Source of the DNA: an uncultured Dehalococcoidia bacterium
GTDB lineage: Bacteria; Chloroflexota; Dehalococcoidia; Lucifugimonadales; UBA3495
Assembly (NCBI GenBank): GCA_950072105.1
Contig: CATMOE010000020.1
Location: forward strand, 1-55,503
DNA length: 55,503 nucleotides
Direction: 5' to 3'
This document shows positions 8,956 to 18,600 of this stretch, in pieces. Under the pieces are notes generated by a model. The model searched no databases. It was not told the DNA's origin and saw only the letters and a list, made by a program, of their open reading frames with translations. A program made the translations under genes and the position numbers. Numbering within the stretch: position 1 is the first letter of the stretch; each line of letters starts with the position of its first letter.

Positions 8956-10608
8956 TTAGGCGTCTCCCACCGGCGGCCGCATGGTGTGCCAAGAGGTGTT
9001 CTGCTCGTAGGCGAAGGCGGCGCGCAAGACCGTTTCCTCATCGTAGCGCTTGGCCATGATCTGCAGGCCGACGGGTAGCCCATCCCCGGTGAAGCCGCAA
9101 GGCACCGAAATAGCGGGTATCCCGGAGATGGCGGCGGCGTTGGAGAAGGAGAACGCTTTCAGGTCGTTCATCGCCTGCTCTCGAGATGTCAGGGGCTTTT
9201 TGGTGTCTTCGATACTGGGAGGCGGTGTGGGCTGGGAAGGCGTAACCAGAATATCGTACCGCTCGCAGGCGTCTAGGACTTGGCGTCGGTACAGGCTGCG
9301 TAGTTGCAAGGTCCGTTGGTAGATGGACCCCGGAATCAATCCTGGCAAAAGATTGAACCGGCGCGAAGCTACGTCGTACTGATGTGGGTTCTCCATCAGG
9401 TTCTTCCATTGTAGTGCCGTGCGGTCGGCCCCCCCGGCGCCGCTGATGATGTTGGTCAGCTTGACCATGGTCAGGGATACTTCCTCCACGATTGCCCCCA
9501 ACCCCTCGAAACGCCGCAACGCCTCGGCTACGCGGGCTTGCACCTCCGGGTGCAGGTGGTCTGCTTCCATCATTTCTTTTATAACGCCGATGCGCATTCC
9601 CTTAACGTCGCCGTCCAAGACGGACAGGTAATCGGGAACGGGCAGGTTGGCCGAGAGGGGGTCGTTGGCATCATGGCCGGCGATCACGTTCATCAGCAGG
9701 GCACAATCGGCAACGGTGCGCCCCAGCGGGCCGGCCGTGTCCTGGGTCCACACGCCGGGTATGACGCCGTACATGCTGACCCGTCCCCAAGACGGCCGCA
9801 GACCCACACAACTGTTGTGGGATGCCGGGCGGCGGATGGAGCCGCCGGTGTCCTCGCCCAGGGCGCCTGCGCAGAGTGCCGCGGCGGTGGCGCTGCCCGA
9901 GCCGGTGCTGGAGCCGCCCGCGTCATGGTCCGTGTTCCAGGGGTTGCGAGGGTGACCGAAGGGGAACTCCAGCGTAAGGGGAGTGGCCCATTCGGTCATG
10001 TTCAACTTCCCCAGCATGATCGCGCCCGCCTGGCGAGTTCGGGCCACGGCGGTGGCGTCATAGTCCGGGAAGAACTCGGACAGGATGATAGATCCGCAGG
10101 TTGTTAGCACGTCTTTGGTGTAGAATTCGTCTTTGAAGGCCAGGGGGACCCCATGTAAAGGGCCGAGTTTTTCCCCTGCGGATAAGGCCTGTTCCGCTGC
10201 CGCAGCCTCCCGCCGGGCATCTTCAGCGAGCACCGTGATATAGGACTTGAGTTGACCGTCAAACTGGTCTATGCGTTCCAGATATAAGTTGGTCAGCTCT
10301 ACCGGAGACACCTGCTTGGTGCGGATCAGGTGGGCCAGCTCAGTGATGGGCTTGTAGGCCAGGGGGTCACTGGATTCTGTCTCGAACGAAGGTGGCGAAC
10401 CCGCCGGCCGCTGGCTTGAAGTCAGTTGGAAAGGGTGGGGCAGGGCGGGCAGAGCCAATTCCCCGTCCAACGGATACTGGTCCAAGACCTCCAACGATTC
10501 CATCAGCGCGTTGAAGCGCAGTGTCAGATGCTCAACGTCCTCCTCGGGAATCTTCATCATGGCGGCGCGGGCCAAGGCTAGCAGTTCATCGTGGGTAAGA
10601 TCGGCCAT
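8956..10608 (-). CDS. Amidase-signature enzyme (GatA/AtzE-like) with N-terminal GatC/AtzG-like extension
   Basis: PLAFKD (Lys), GGSSTGS (cis-Ser), EDTGGSIRRPA (nucleophilic Ser) and GLPVGLQ motifs; GGAGGT RBS before ATG 10608. Confidence 0.9.
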   Translation of the reverse strand: MADLTHDELLALARAAMMKIPEEDVEHLTLRFNALMESLEVLDQYPLDGELALPALPHPFQLTSSQRPAGSPPSFETESSDPLAYKPITELAHLIRTKQVSPVELTNLYLERIDQFDGQLKSYITVLAEDARREAAAAEQALSAGEKLGPLHGVPLAFKDEFYTKDVLTTCGSIILSEFFPDYDATAVARTRQAGAIMLGKLNMTEWATPLTLEFPFGHPRNPWNTDHDAGGSSTGSGSATAAALCAGALGEDTGGSIRRPASHNSCVGLRPSWGRVSMYGVIPGVWTQDTAGPLGRTVADCALLMNVIAGHDANDPLSANLPVPDYLSVLDGDVKGMRIGVIKEMMEADHLHPEVQARVAEALRRFEGLGAIVEEVSLTMVKLTNIISGAGGADRTALQWKNLMENPHQYDVASRRFNLLPGLIPGSIYQRTLQLRSLYRRQVLDACERYDILVTPSQPTPPPSIEDTKKPLTSREQAMNDLKAFSFSNAAAISGIPAISVPCGFTGDGLPVGLQIMAKRYDEETVLRAAFAYEQNTSWHTMRPPVGDA

Positions 10609-10694
10609 GGCGGCCACCTCCGTTTTTCTGTGGATGGGCGTGGTCTGTCGTGGATTCCGGCTTTTGCCGGGAAGACGAGAGTCTAGTCGCTAGA

Positions 10695-11867
10695 TCACTT
10701 GTCCCAACGGTGTTTGACCAACTCCTTTTCGTTCAGGTCGGCGCCCCAACCCGGGGTCTTGGGGACGGTCATATAGCCGTCGATGATCTCCGGCGGCTGG
10801 GTTACCAAGTCGTCCTTCCAGGGCACGTCGTCGATGTCTATCTCCATGATGCGGACATTGGGCAGGGTGGCGCAAAGGCTGGCGCACATATAGGTAGACA
10901 TATGGCTGTAGTAGTTGTGGGGCGCCACGTTTAGTTGATAAACCTCGGCCAGGTCGCCGATCTTTTTGGACTGGCTGTAACCGTTCCAAGCGACGTCAAT
11001 CATGAACACGTCGGCCGCTCGAGACTCGAAATAAGGCAGGAACTCCCGCATGTAGAAAAGGTTTTCTCCGGTGCATATCTTGGTGCTGGTGGACTGTTTG
11101 ATCTGCAATATGGCCTCCGGGTCGTACATGTCTATCTCCAGCCAAAGCATGTTGAACTGCTCCAGCACTTTGGCGATGCGCATGCAGGCTTCGGGCTTGA
11201 AGTTGAAGTTCAGGTCTAGGTTGATGTCCACATCGGGTCCCACGGCGTCACGGAAGGTGCCGATCAAGTTTTCGATGTGGCGCAGGACCGGGGTGGAAAT
11301 CGTCCCATCGGTGGTGCCTCCGCCGAGGGCGAAGCCTCCGCCGTACACCGTGGCCGGCTCGCCGGGGATGACGATGTTGGTCTTCAGGGCGGTGAACCCC
11401 TTCTGCACCACCTCTCGTCCCAGGTCGGCTACGTCTTCCAAGGTGCGCAGGGGCGGCACGCCGATCAGCTCGTGGGCCCTTGCGCGGGAGGTGCCGCAGT
11501 GGGACCAGTAAACACGTACCGTATCTCTGGTGGGGCCGCCGAACAACTCGGTTACGGAGATGCCCAGTGCCTTGGCCTTGATGTCTACCAGAGCGCAGTC
11601 GATCCCGGCGATGGCCTTGGCGGCGATGCCCCCAGGGCTCTGCCGGGTGGCTCGAATCATGTCCCAGAAGCGCATCTCGAAAGGCCTTGGGTCTTGGCCC
11701 ATGAGCACCGGCGTCAGGTCTTTGATCGTGGCGACCACGCCATGCGGGGTCCTTTGGTCGCTGCACTCGCCATAGCCGGTGATTCCTTCATCGGTCTCGA
11801 CTTTCACGAATATCCAAGGCCGCCATCCGGCGTCAACGATGAAAGATTCGATATTGGTGATCTTCAC
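10695..11867 (-). CDS. Mandelate racemase/muconate-lactonizing family enzyme (galactonate dehydratase-like)
   Basis: FVKVETDEGITGYGE, metal ligands D/E/E (LDLN, WLE, TGEN), APHN and PGWGADL motifs. Confidence 0.9.
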   Translation of the reverse strand: MKITNIESFIVDAGWRPWIFVKVETDEGITGYGECSDQRTPHGVVATIKDLTPVLMGQDPRPFEMRFWDMIRATRQSPGGIAAKAIAGIDCALVDIKAKALGISVTELFGGPTRDTVRVYWSHCGTSRARAHELIGVPPLRTLEDVADLGREVVQKGFTALKTNIVIPGEPATVYGGGFALGGGTTDGTISTPVLRHIENLIGTFRDAVGPDVDINLDLNFNFKPEACMRIAKVLEQFNMLWLEIDMYDPEAILQIKQSTSTKICTGENLFYMREFLPYFESRAADVFMIDVAWNGYSQSKKIGDLAEVYQLNVAPHNYYSHMSTYMCASLCATLPNVRIMEIDIDDVPWKDDLVTQPPEIIDGYMTVPKTPGWGADLNEKELVKHRWDK

Positions 11868-11897
11868 GCGGGCCTCCTCAATACTGTGTAAGGTGGT

Positions 11898-11963
11898 GGT
11901 TCGACAAGCTCACCACGAACGGTAGGAGTCCTCATCTCCGTTCGCCCTGAGCCTGTCGAAGGG
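11898..11963. repeat. REP-like inverted pair, family A (ttcgacaagctca / tgagcctgtcgaa)
   Basis: ggttcgacaagctcaccacgaacgg (11898-11922) faces ccgttcgccctgagcctgtcgaaggg (11938-11963). An identical 26-mer lies at 55420-55445; partial copies near 8859 and 13214. Confidence 0.8.
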
Positions 11964-12178
11964 CCGTCCCGCCGGGAATCTCATCGATCCGGCACTGGCC
12001 ATTAAGCCTGGCCCCAAGAGGTGGGTCCATGCTACTCCTGCCCGTCGGGAGGTACAAGAGTTATTGAGCTTGGGGACGGTGTCTCGCGCCGAGCGACTCG
12101 CATCCGGTAAAGATTAGTGCGACAATGGGTCGGCCAAAAATGTTGGCTACCAAGACTACAAATAAGCAGGGAGACATC

Positions 12179-13108
12179 ATGGCAAGCAAGGACATCCGGG
12201 GAGTGATAGTCCCGATCCTCACACCGCTGAACTCTGACGAAACCGTGGACACTAATTCCATGCGAAGGTTGGTCAACTATCTGATCGACAACGGCGCCCA
12301 CGGCATCTGGGTTTCCGGGACCACCGGAGAGTTCGCCAACTTGTCCAATAAGCAGCGTCTTGTCAGCGTGGAGACAGTGGTGGACGAAGTTGCCGGCCGC
12401 GTCCCAATCATCGGGAATATTTCTTGCCCCAGCACCCAACTGTCTTTGGAACTGGCCCTGGCCGTGCAGGAGATGGAGCTAGACGCTATCGCGGTGACGC
12501 CTCCGTATTACTACAATAACGCTCAAGACGAGTTGCTGGACCACTACAGATACATCAGCGACCGGTCGGGATTGCCCTTGTGGGTTTACAATATTCCCCC
12601 GACGGTCAAAACAGTAGTAGAACCCAACACCATCGCAACCCTAGCCAGCGAAGGAGCTGTTGTCGGAGTCAAAGACAGTTCCGGGGCCGGAGAGGCGTTC
12701 GCGCAACTCAACGTGCTGTGCGAGCAAGGCGGTTTGAATCTGCTGCGGTTCTTGGGAACGGTTTCCCGTATCACCACATCGACCGCGCTGGGAGCGCACG
12801 GCGTCATCCCTGCCATCGCCAATCTTGCGGCAAACGCGGCGTCCCGCGGCTGGGAGGCGGGCGAGGCCGGAGACATGGAGACGGTTAAAGAGTGCAACGC
12901 CAAGCTGATCGCTGCCAGCAAGATCGCTCAGTTGGCCAAAGGGGGAGGGCCGAATGCTGCCGCATTCTCGGGGATGAAGTCGGCTTTGAAACACATGGGA
13001 ATCTTGGACAGCGACACGGTGTCCCGTCCACTGCGCTCACTCACCGAGGCGGAGAAGCAGGGGATTCCCGCTATTTTGGAAGAGGCGGGGATCGCCAATG
13101 GGGTGTGA
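12179..13108 (+). CDS. Dihydrodipicolinate synthase / N-acetylneuraminate lyase family aldolase
   Basis: GTTGE, PPYY, YNIP and Schiff-base Lys in VKDSS; GGGAG RBS before ATG 12179. Confidence 0.9.
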   Translation: MASKDIRGVIVPILTPLNSDETVDTNSMRRLVNYLIDNGAHGIWVSGTTGEFANLSNKQRLVSVETVVDEVAGRVPIIGNISCPSTQLSLELALAVQEMELDAIAVTPPYYYNNAQDELLDHYRYISDRSGLPLWVYNIPPTVKTVVEPNTIATLASEGAVVGVKDSSGAGEAFAQLNVLCEQGGLNLLRFLGTVSRITTSTALGAHGVIPAIANLAANAASRGWEAGEAGDMETVKECNAKLIAASKIAQLAKGGGPNAAAFSGMKSALKHMGILDSDTVSRPLRSLTEAEKQGIPAILEEAGIANGV

Positions 13109-13137
13109 TCACTAACACGAACCCATAGAACTTTTAC

Positions 13138-13166
13138 AAACGGGGCTTATACAGGCCCCGTTTTTT
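13138..13166 (+). terminator. Rho-independent terminator
   Basis: aaacggggctt-atac-aggccccg followed by tttttt, downstream of the aldolase stop. Confidence 0.85.
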
Positions 13167-13249
13167 CTATATCGGTAAAATGATACGACCTGATCGAATG
13201 CCAGCCACGGCGATTCGACAAGCTCACGACGAGCGTGGCGTGGGAACGC

Positions 13250-13549
13250 CTAGGGTTGAGACTGCGGTTCCGTTGTACACAAGTTTCCTTTCGCGAAGAG
13301 GAGCATTATGGTCACCAGGCTCAATACCGCGATGTCGCCCACGATGACCAGAATCATCAAGAAGGTGGCGGTTATTTCCCGGGCTTGGGCTGTTGGCAGG
13401 ACCCAGCCGTACAGCACGATGGGAATCAGGAACAGAGGCCAAATGACAGCTATCGCCAATATTCGGCCTTTCAAGGTTTGTGGCGCGCCTTCCCATGAGG
13501 TGACCCAACTCCGGATCTGTTCAACCACTGCCTTAACTTTTATCATCAA
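13250..13549 (-). CDS. Small hypothetical membrane protein (2 TM)
   Basis: 99-aa ORF with two strongly hydrophobic segments. Confidence 0.6.
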   Translation of the reverse strand: MMIKVKAVVEQIRSWVTSWEGAPQTLKGRILAIAVIWPLFLIPIVLYGWVLPTAQAREITATFLMILVIVGDIAVLSLVTIMLLFAKGNLCTTEPQSQP

Positions 13550-13604
13550 ATACTCAAGCAGGTTGCGTACCGATTCCAGCCTCGATCCGATCCCGGATGT
13601 GACC

Positions 13605-13823
13605 CTAAGCTGAAGCTTCCCGGCACAGCAATGTCAACTCGCGGAGCGTGTCTTCGATCCCCGTCAATCTGTTTAGCATAGCGGATTTCAGATCTGCTTC
13701 TTCACTTTGAGGCCCAACGTCTTCTAGCAATTTGATAAGACCGTCCGACTTCCGCTGGACCTCTATAACCAGATCGGTTATCTGCCTGGTTTCACCGGCG
13801 AATTGTTTGGAAAATAAAGTCAT
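13605..13823 (-). CDS. Small hypothetical helical protein
   Basis: 72 aa from MTLFSKQF, heptad-like pattern; same strand as and upstream of the 2-TM ORF. Confidence 0.5.
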   Translation of the reverse strand: MTLFSKQFAGETRQITDLVIEVQRKSDGLIKLLEDVGPQSEEADLKSAMLNRLTGIEDTLRELTLLCREASA

Positions 13824-14122
13824 CGCCCCGTTTCCGCGAGAAGGTGTGGGTTCTTCGGAGTGTGAGCTGCGGTCTCTGCGCAATCCCTACACTGCTCCAT
13901 ACTATCATAGGGTAACGCCACGTTATTAACCGCCACTGAACGGTAATGAGCCATTCCGGTCGGGATAGCCGTCCGATATTCAACGGCATCGTCCGGCGTA
14001 AAGGGCTAGCCATTTTGTCACCACCATTATCACCCCAAAGGGTGATGTCAGGGATTCTGCGACGGAGCAAGATATCAGGGTAGATTCCTGCCCTGACGGA
14101 AATATAGACTTACAGAGGGTTG

Positions 14123-14281
14123 ATGATTATGAGGGTTGGGTATATTGAGGACGAAACTCAGCAGTCCCTTCCGCAGCCGGGATTCTGGAGCCTTGGAAAG
14201 ATCGGCGTGATCGAGTTGCTGTCGGTTGTTGGAATTCTGGCTATCCTCGCCGGTATCGTTGCTGGTACAATCGCAAAGTAG
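14123..14281 (+). CDS. 52-aa pilin-like single-TM small protein (not in the ORF track)
   Basis: MIMRVGYIEDETQQSLPQPGFWSLGKIGVIELLSVVGILAILAGIVAGTIAK; AGAGGG upstream; followed by a terminator. Confidence 0.6.
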   Translation: MIMRVGYIEDETQQSLPQPGFWSLGKIGVIELLSVVGILAILAGIVAGTIAK

Positions 14282-14315
14282 GCCGGGTTAACCTGGGATC
14301 CAACCTGATAATGAT

Positions 14316-14342
14316 GCCCCGGTGGTAAACCGGGGCTTTTTC
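14316..14342 (+). terminator. Rho-independent terminator
   Basis: gccccggt-ggtaa-accggggc followed by a T run. Confidence 0.7.
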
Positions 14343-14350
14343 GTGGAGAA

Positions 14351-14719
14351 ATGAGCGGCAAAAAGGTAACCAATCTCGTAATAATGGCGGTCTCGGCTTT
14401 CGCTTTGATCCTGGCGATACAGGGCGTCTTAGGAGTTCTGGATAAGTTCAAGAGCGATGAACCGGCAGAGCAGGGCGTGCCGTCTACGATTATTCCGTTG
14501 CTACCGGCCTATGGCCAAGACTTGCCCCAGGACTTAACTCAGGAAGACATCGAAAAGATCAGTTCTGCTCTGGGTGATGAGACCATCGCCGGTCTGCAAG
14601 AACAACTGGGTCAAGGGATAAGTGACCAGGAATTGCAAAAGACTTTGAAGCAGGCGGAGGCCCTTGCGTGTTCTTTCCAGGGCGGTAGCTGGGACTTTGT
14701 CAGAGAGATCTGTAACTGA
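14351..14719 (+). CDS. Hypothetical membrane-anchored protein with C-terminal C-x3-GG-x-W-x6-C motif
   Basis: GGAG RBS, N-terminal TM helix, acidic/Gln-rich helical body, ends ACSFQGGSWDFVREICN. Confidence 0.7.
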   Translation: MSGKKVTNLVIMAVSAFALILAIQGVLGVLDKFKSDEPAEQGVPSTIIPLLPAYGQDLPQDLTQEDIEKISSALGDETIAGLQEQLGQGISDQELQKTLKQAEALACSFQGGSWDFVREICN

Positions 14720-15020
14720 GTTCGCCGGGCACAAATACCTGACCAGCGGTGCGTCCGCTGTTTCGGACGGCGTCGCGATATGATGCAAGCCGGTACCGTG
14801 CATGGACCCTCGTTGCGGTGGTGTATACTAAGCGTTACGCACCACTGCCAGAGGACTTGGGTTATAGACGGTTAATAACTCGGCGGCTTGGGCCCCAATC
14901 TGGTATCTTAATCTCCGTCTCTTACTCTCCGCTGGTTGGTTTACATTCCTGCCCTATATCGGCATTTGAAACGCACCAGCCGCGAGTCGCCGGTATCCAT
15001 GGGCTGTAAGGAGTCTAGAT

Positions 15021-15449
15021 ATGCCTCTTCCAGATCCTAGTGAAAAAGCTGTGGCGAAGATTCGCAACATGGTCGAGAAGTTTACCGAGAAATCGGGCAC
15101 TTTCACGCATCCGATAGAAGAGGTCGCAGAGGACGTCATCCTGGGATTGGCCCGGCACGCCGATGAACTCGGCAAGCCCTTGTGTCCGTGCCGTTTCTAC
15201 CCGGACAAGAACGAGGAAGTCAAACACCGGACGTGGATCTGTCCCTGCGACGACATGCATATCTACAAATATTGCCATTGACTACTGTTCGTTAATGAGG
15301 ACGGAGTCCCCATAACTGAACACTTACCGTCAGACCACGAAGGCTTGCAAATGCACGGCCTTGTTAAAGACGACACACCGGACAAAGGCCGCGTGTTACG
15401 CAACAAAGCTGCGGAACGAGAGATTGAGCGGAAGGAGCGGCCTTCCTAA
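15021..15449 (+). CDS. ftrC: Ferredoxin:thioredoxin reductase catalytic chain, probable selenoprotein (UGA 15279-15281 = Sec87)
   Basis: AAGGAG RBS; C55-P-C57, C74-P-C76, C85-H-UGA, then the family-typical LLF; frame stays open to TAA 15447-15449 (142 aa). Confidence 0.88.
15287..15321 (+). promoter_or_regulatory. Candidate bacterial SECIS element
   Basis: GTTC-GTTA-ATG-A-GGAC-[GGA]-GTCC-C-CAT-AAC-T-GAAC stem-loop; the G-starting apical loop begins 21 nt after the UGA. Confidence 0.65.
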
Positions 15450-15601
15450 TCATGGGTAGTGGTGGCGGCGTACCGTCATCACCCCCACTCTAACTCTCCC
15501 CCGTTGAGGGGGAGAAGCGGTCTTCTTAATCATGGGCAGTGGCGCCGCCGCACCGCCGTCACCCCCATCCTAACCTTCCCCCATCGAGGGGGAAGGGATC
15601 T
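15442..15601. repeat. 80-bp tandem duplication, each unit carrying a family-B REP-like hairpin
   Basis: taatcatggg at 15447 and 15527; each unit ends in cacccccaNNctaac...ccccc-N5-ggggga. Confidence 0.8.
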
Positions 15602-15634
15602 TGGGTCCCCCGTTGATATGGGCGTAGCAGTCGC

Positions 15635-18600
15635 CTACCACCAGTCCCGTAGGTTCTCGGCTCCAGCCACTTTGCCTATAACGTGAAGCTCTTCTAGCTC
15701 TTTGATTCGCTCGGAGGTGAATCCGCAGAACCTTCGGAGCACGTCCTCGGTATCCCACCCGATCGGCTTGCCCGCTACTTCGATGTAACCCGGCGTGCCC
15801 GAGTACAGAGGTACCGGTCCCTGGGTCTTTAGGCTGCCGTACCAGGGGTCGTTGATCTGCTGGATCTCTCCCCTTTCCTCGTAGTGGATCTGGGAACAGG
15901 CGTCTTCCGAGTTTTTGACGGGACACGCGCCGAACCCGTGCCGCTTGGCCAGCGACTCGATCTCCGCCACGGTTTTCCCAGCGGCCCACTCCTCTATGAC
16001 TCCGTAGATCTCGTCCTGGGCGGATTCACTTACCCGGTCGACGTTGGTTGGGTACTTGTCCGCCAGTCCGTCCGCCTTGCTCCCGATGCACTGCCACAGG
16101 GAAACGCAGGCATTGTCGTCGGCGCCGATGGCCACGTAGCCGTCGCTTGCTTTGACGATGCCGTCGGGGCAAACCCAGAGGTGCCGGTTGCCATACCGTT
16201 CTTGGATGTTGCCGGTCTTGCCGTACCAGGTGATTCCGGGGCCAAGGAACCGGGTGATGGCTTCCAACTGGGAGTTCTCCACCATCTGGCCCTCACCACT
16301 CTTTTCCCGGAACAGTAGGGAAATCAGTATTCCCAACGTCGCCGTGGCGCCGCCAAAATAGTCGGCGACCCATATGGGGACTTTCAATTGCTCGCCGTCG
16401 GGGTGGCCGGTTATGTAGACACTTCCGCCCATTGCCTGGGCTAGGATGTCGTAGGAGGCGCGGGGCAGGTCGTCGCGGCCCCATTGCCCCGGCCCGTTGG
16501 ATGCGGCGTAGATCAATTTTGGATTGATCTTGGACAGTTGCCGGTAGCCGATGCCCCAGGCATCCATGGTACCGCCTCGGACGTTTTCCACCAGAACGTC
16601 GGATTTCTTTACCAGGTTCTTCAGAATATCCGCGCCCGGTCCGGGGTGGACATCCAGGGACACGTGAATCTTATTCCGGGCGCAATCCAGCCATCCCAGG
16701 CCGGAGCCGGTGGAGGGCAAGACCTCTTCGGTCACGCCTTCTCCCAGGATGCCTTCGGCTTTCGTGCCGCTGGCTTCCTCGGTCCATCGTAGGAACCCCC
16801 CTTGGTCCTCGGGTGGTCCGGAGTAGCGCATGGCGTCGCCGCGGCCGGGAAACTCGAGCTTGATGATTTCCATGCCCAATTCACCCAGCATGGCGCACTG
16901 GAAGGGGCCCAGGATCATGGTGGTGAAGTCAATAAGGCGCATGCCGTCCAGCATCTTGGGTTTCTTGCTGACGGTCTTCTGGTCGTAGATGTAGCGGCAG
17001 AAATCATCGTAAGAAAGGGAATCCTCTTCGGCCTCGGTCAATTCCTCGCCGTTTCTGGCCCGGGCCACCAGGGACTGGTCCGAACTGACGTGGTGACCGT
17101 TGCTAGACACCGGGGTTCTCTGCAATGTGATCAGGTTAGGCGAACCACCCTTATGGCTGACGATGCCGTCCTTTTCCAGCCGCGCCAGGTCGTCCCGCGA
17201 TAGGCCGCAATAGCGTTTCAGGATAGTTTCGTTGTCCCAGCCCATGGGCCTGGACACCCACTTGATGCGTCCCGGAGAGCCGCTGAAGCTAGGCCGTGTG
17301 CCTTGGATCAGGACTTTGCCGTACAGTGGGTCTTCCACCTCAAGGATGCTAGCCCGGTCCACGAAGTGGGGGCTGGCGCAGATCTCAGCGATGTTTTGGG
17401 CGGCGCCGGCCGCAAACCCTCCGTCGATCCCGATCTGGTCCAGTTCCCGGGCGGTGAGCTGGGCCGTCCACTGGTCGATCTCTTCGTTGATCTGCTGCTG
17501 GGGGGTCCAGAGGATGCGGATGCTGTTTTCGGCAAAGGCGTTTTTCAGGATATCGCTGTTTTCGGTGCCGATGGCGTCGCAGATGGCCCACCAAAGCCGC
17601 CCGACGCCGGCGACAACGACGTAGCGGTCGTCCTTGGTTCGGTGCAGGCCGTAGGGACACAAGGACATGTCCCAGTTACCGTACGGTCCGCGGATCTCCT
17701 TGGTTGAGCTGTACCAGGAGAAGCTGCAATCGGAAGACCGCATCATTAGACCGTATGACGACACGTCGATCATCTGGCCTTTGCCAGATTTGCGTTTCCG
17801 GTATAACAAAGCGCCGCAGATGGCGATGGCGCCCCCCAGCCCTCCGGAGATCGCTCCGATGGGCCAGCCTACGCGCGTGGGAGTGGAGCCCTCTTGGGCC
17901 TCTTCGGCCGAGTCGGCGTCGTAGCGGATGGCGCCGGTGAACGAAGAAAGGGTACTCATGGCTTGAGTAGCGGTTTCGAAGCCCTTCCTTTCCGACTCTT
18001 CGCCAAACTGGCCGAAGCCGGTGATGCCGCAATATACCAATCGGGGGTTGATCTTGCGGAGTTGCCGGTAGCCGATGCCCAGAGAGTCCAGGAAACCGGG
18101 GTCGTAGTTCTCTATGACAACGTCCACGTTGCGGGCTAGGTCCTTGAACATCTCCCGGCCTTGGGGGCTTGTGATGTCCAAGGTGACCGAGTATTTGTTG
18201 CGGTTCTCGCAGAAGCCGGCCAACGAAGTACCGTGGGGCGGCCAGTTTTCCCCCTCAGCTTTCATAGCACCGCCTTGATCCGGCGGCGGTCCTGCCCACC
18301 GCATCGCGTCGCCCTTGGCTGGGTCTTCGATTTTAATGACCTCGGCGCCGTGCTCGGCAAGAAGCGAGCCGCAGAACTGAAGTCCGAAGACCGACCAGTC
18401 GGGACGGCAAACTTCCAGGACGCGTATCCCGTCCAGGGCTTCCGGTTTGTCGAATCGGCGGCGGGGGTCGAAGAGGTAGCGGGAGTACTCTTCGTAGGGG
18501 AGCTTGTCGAGATCGTCCGAGGACAACTCTTCCAGCTTCCAAACTTTGGTGATTAGGTCTTGAACCTCTTGGCTCTGGTCCGCCCACTTGTAGGCGATGG

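Noticed and set aside
8956..10608. Amidase as the true gatA
   Set aside because: No gatB nearby, GatA-specific motifs are altered (MTEWAT rather than MDEFAM), and the context is catabolic.
14711..14875. C-N-UGA at the end of ORF 14351-14719 as a CxU selenoprotein
   Set aside because: The C-x3-GG-x-W-x6-C motif is complete before the stop, and the read-through sequence resembles no family I recognise.
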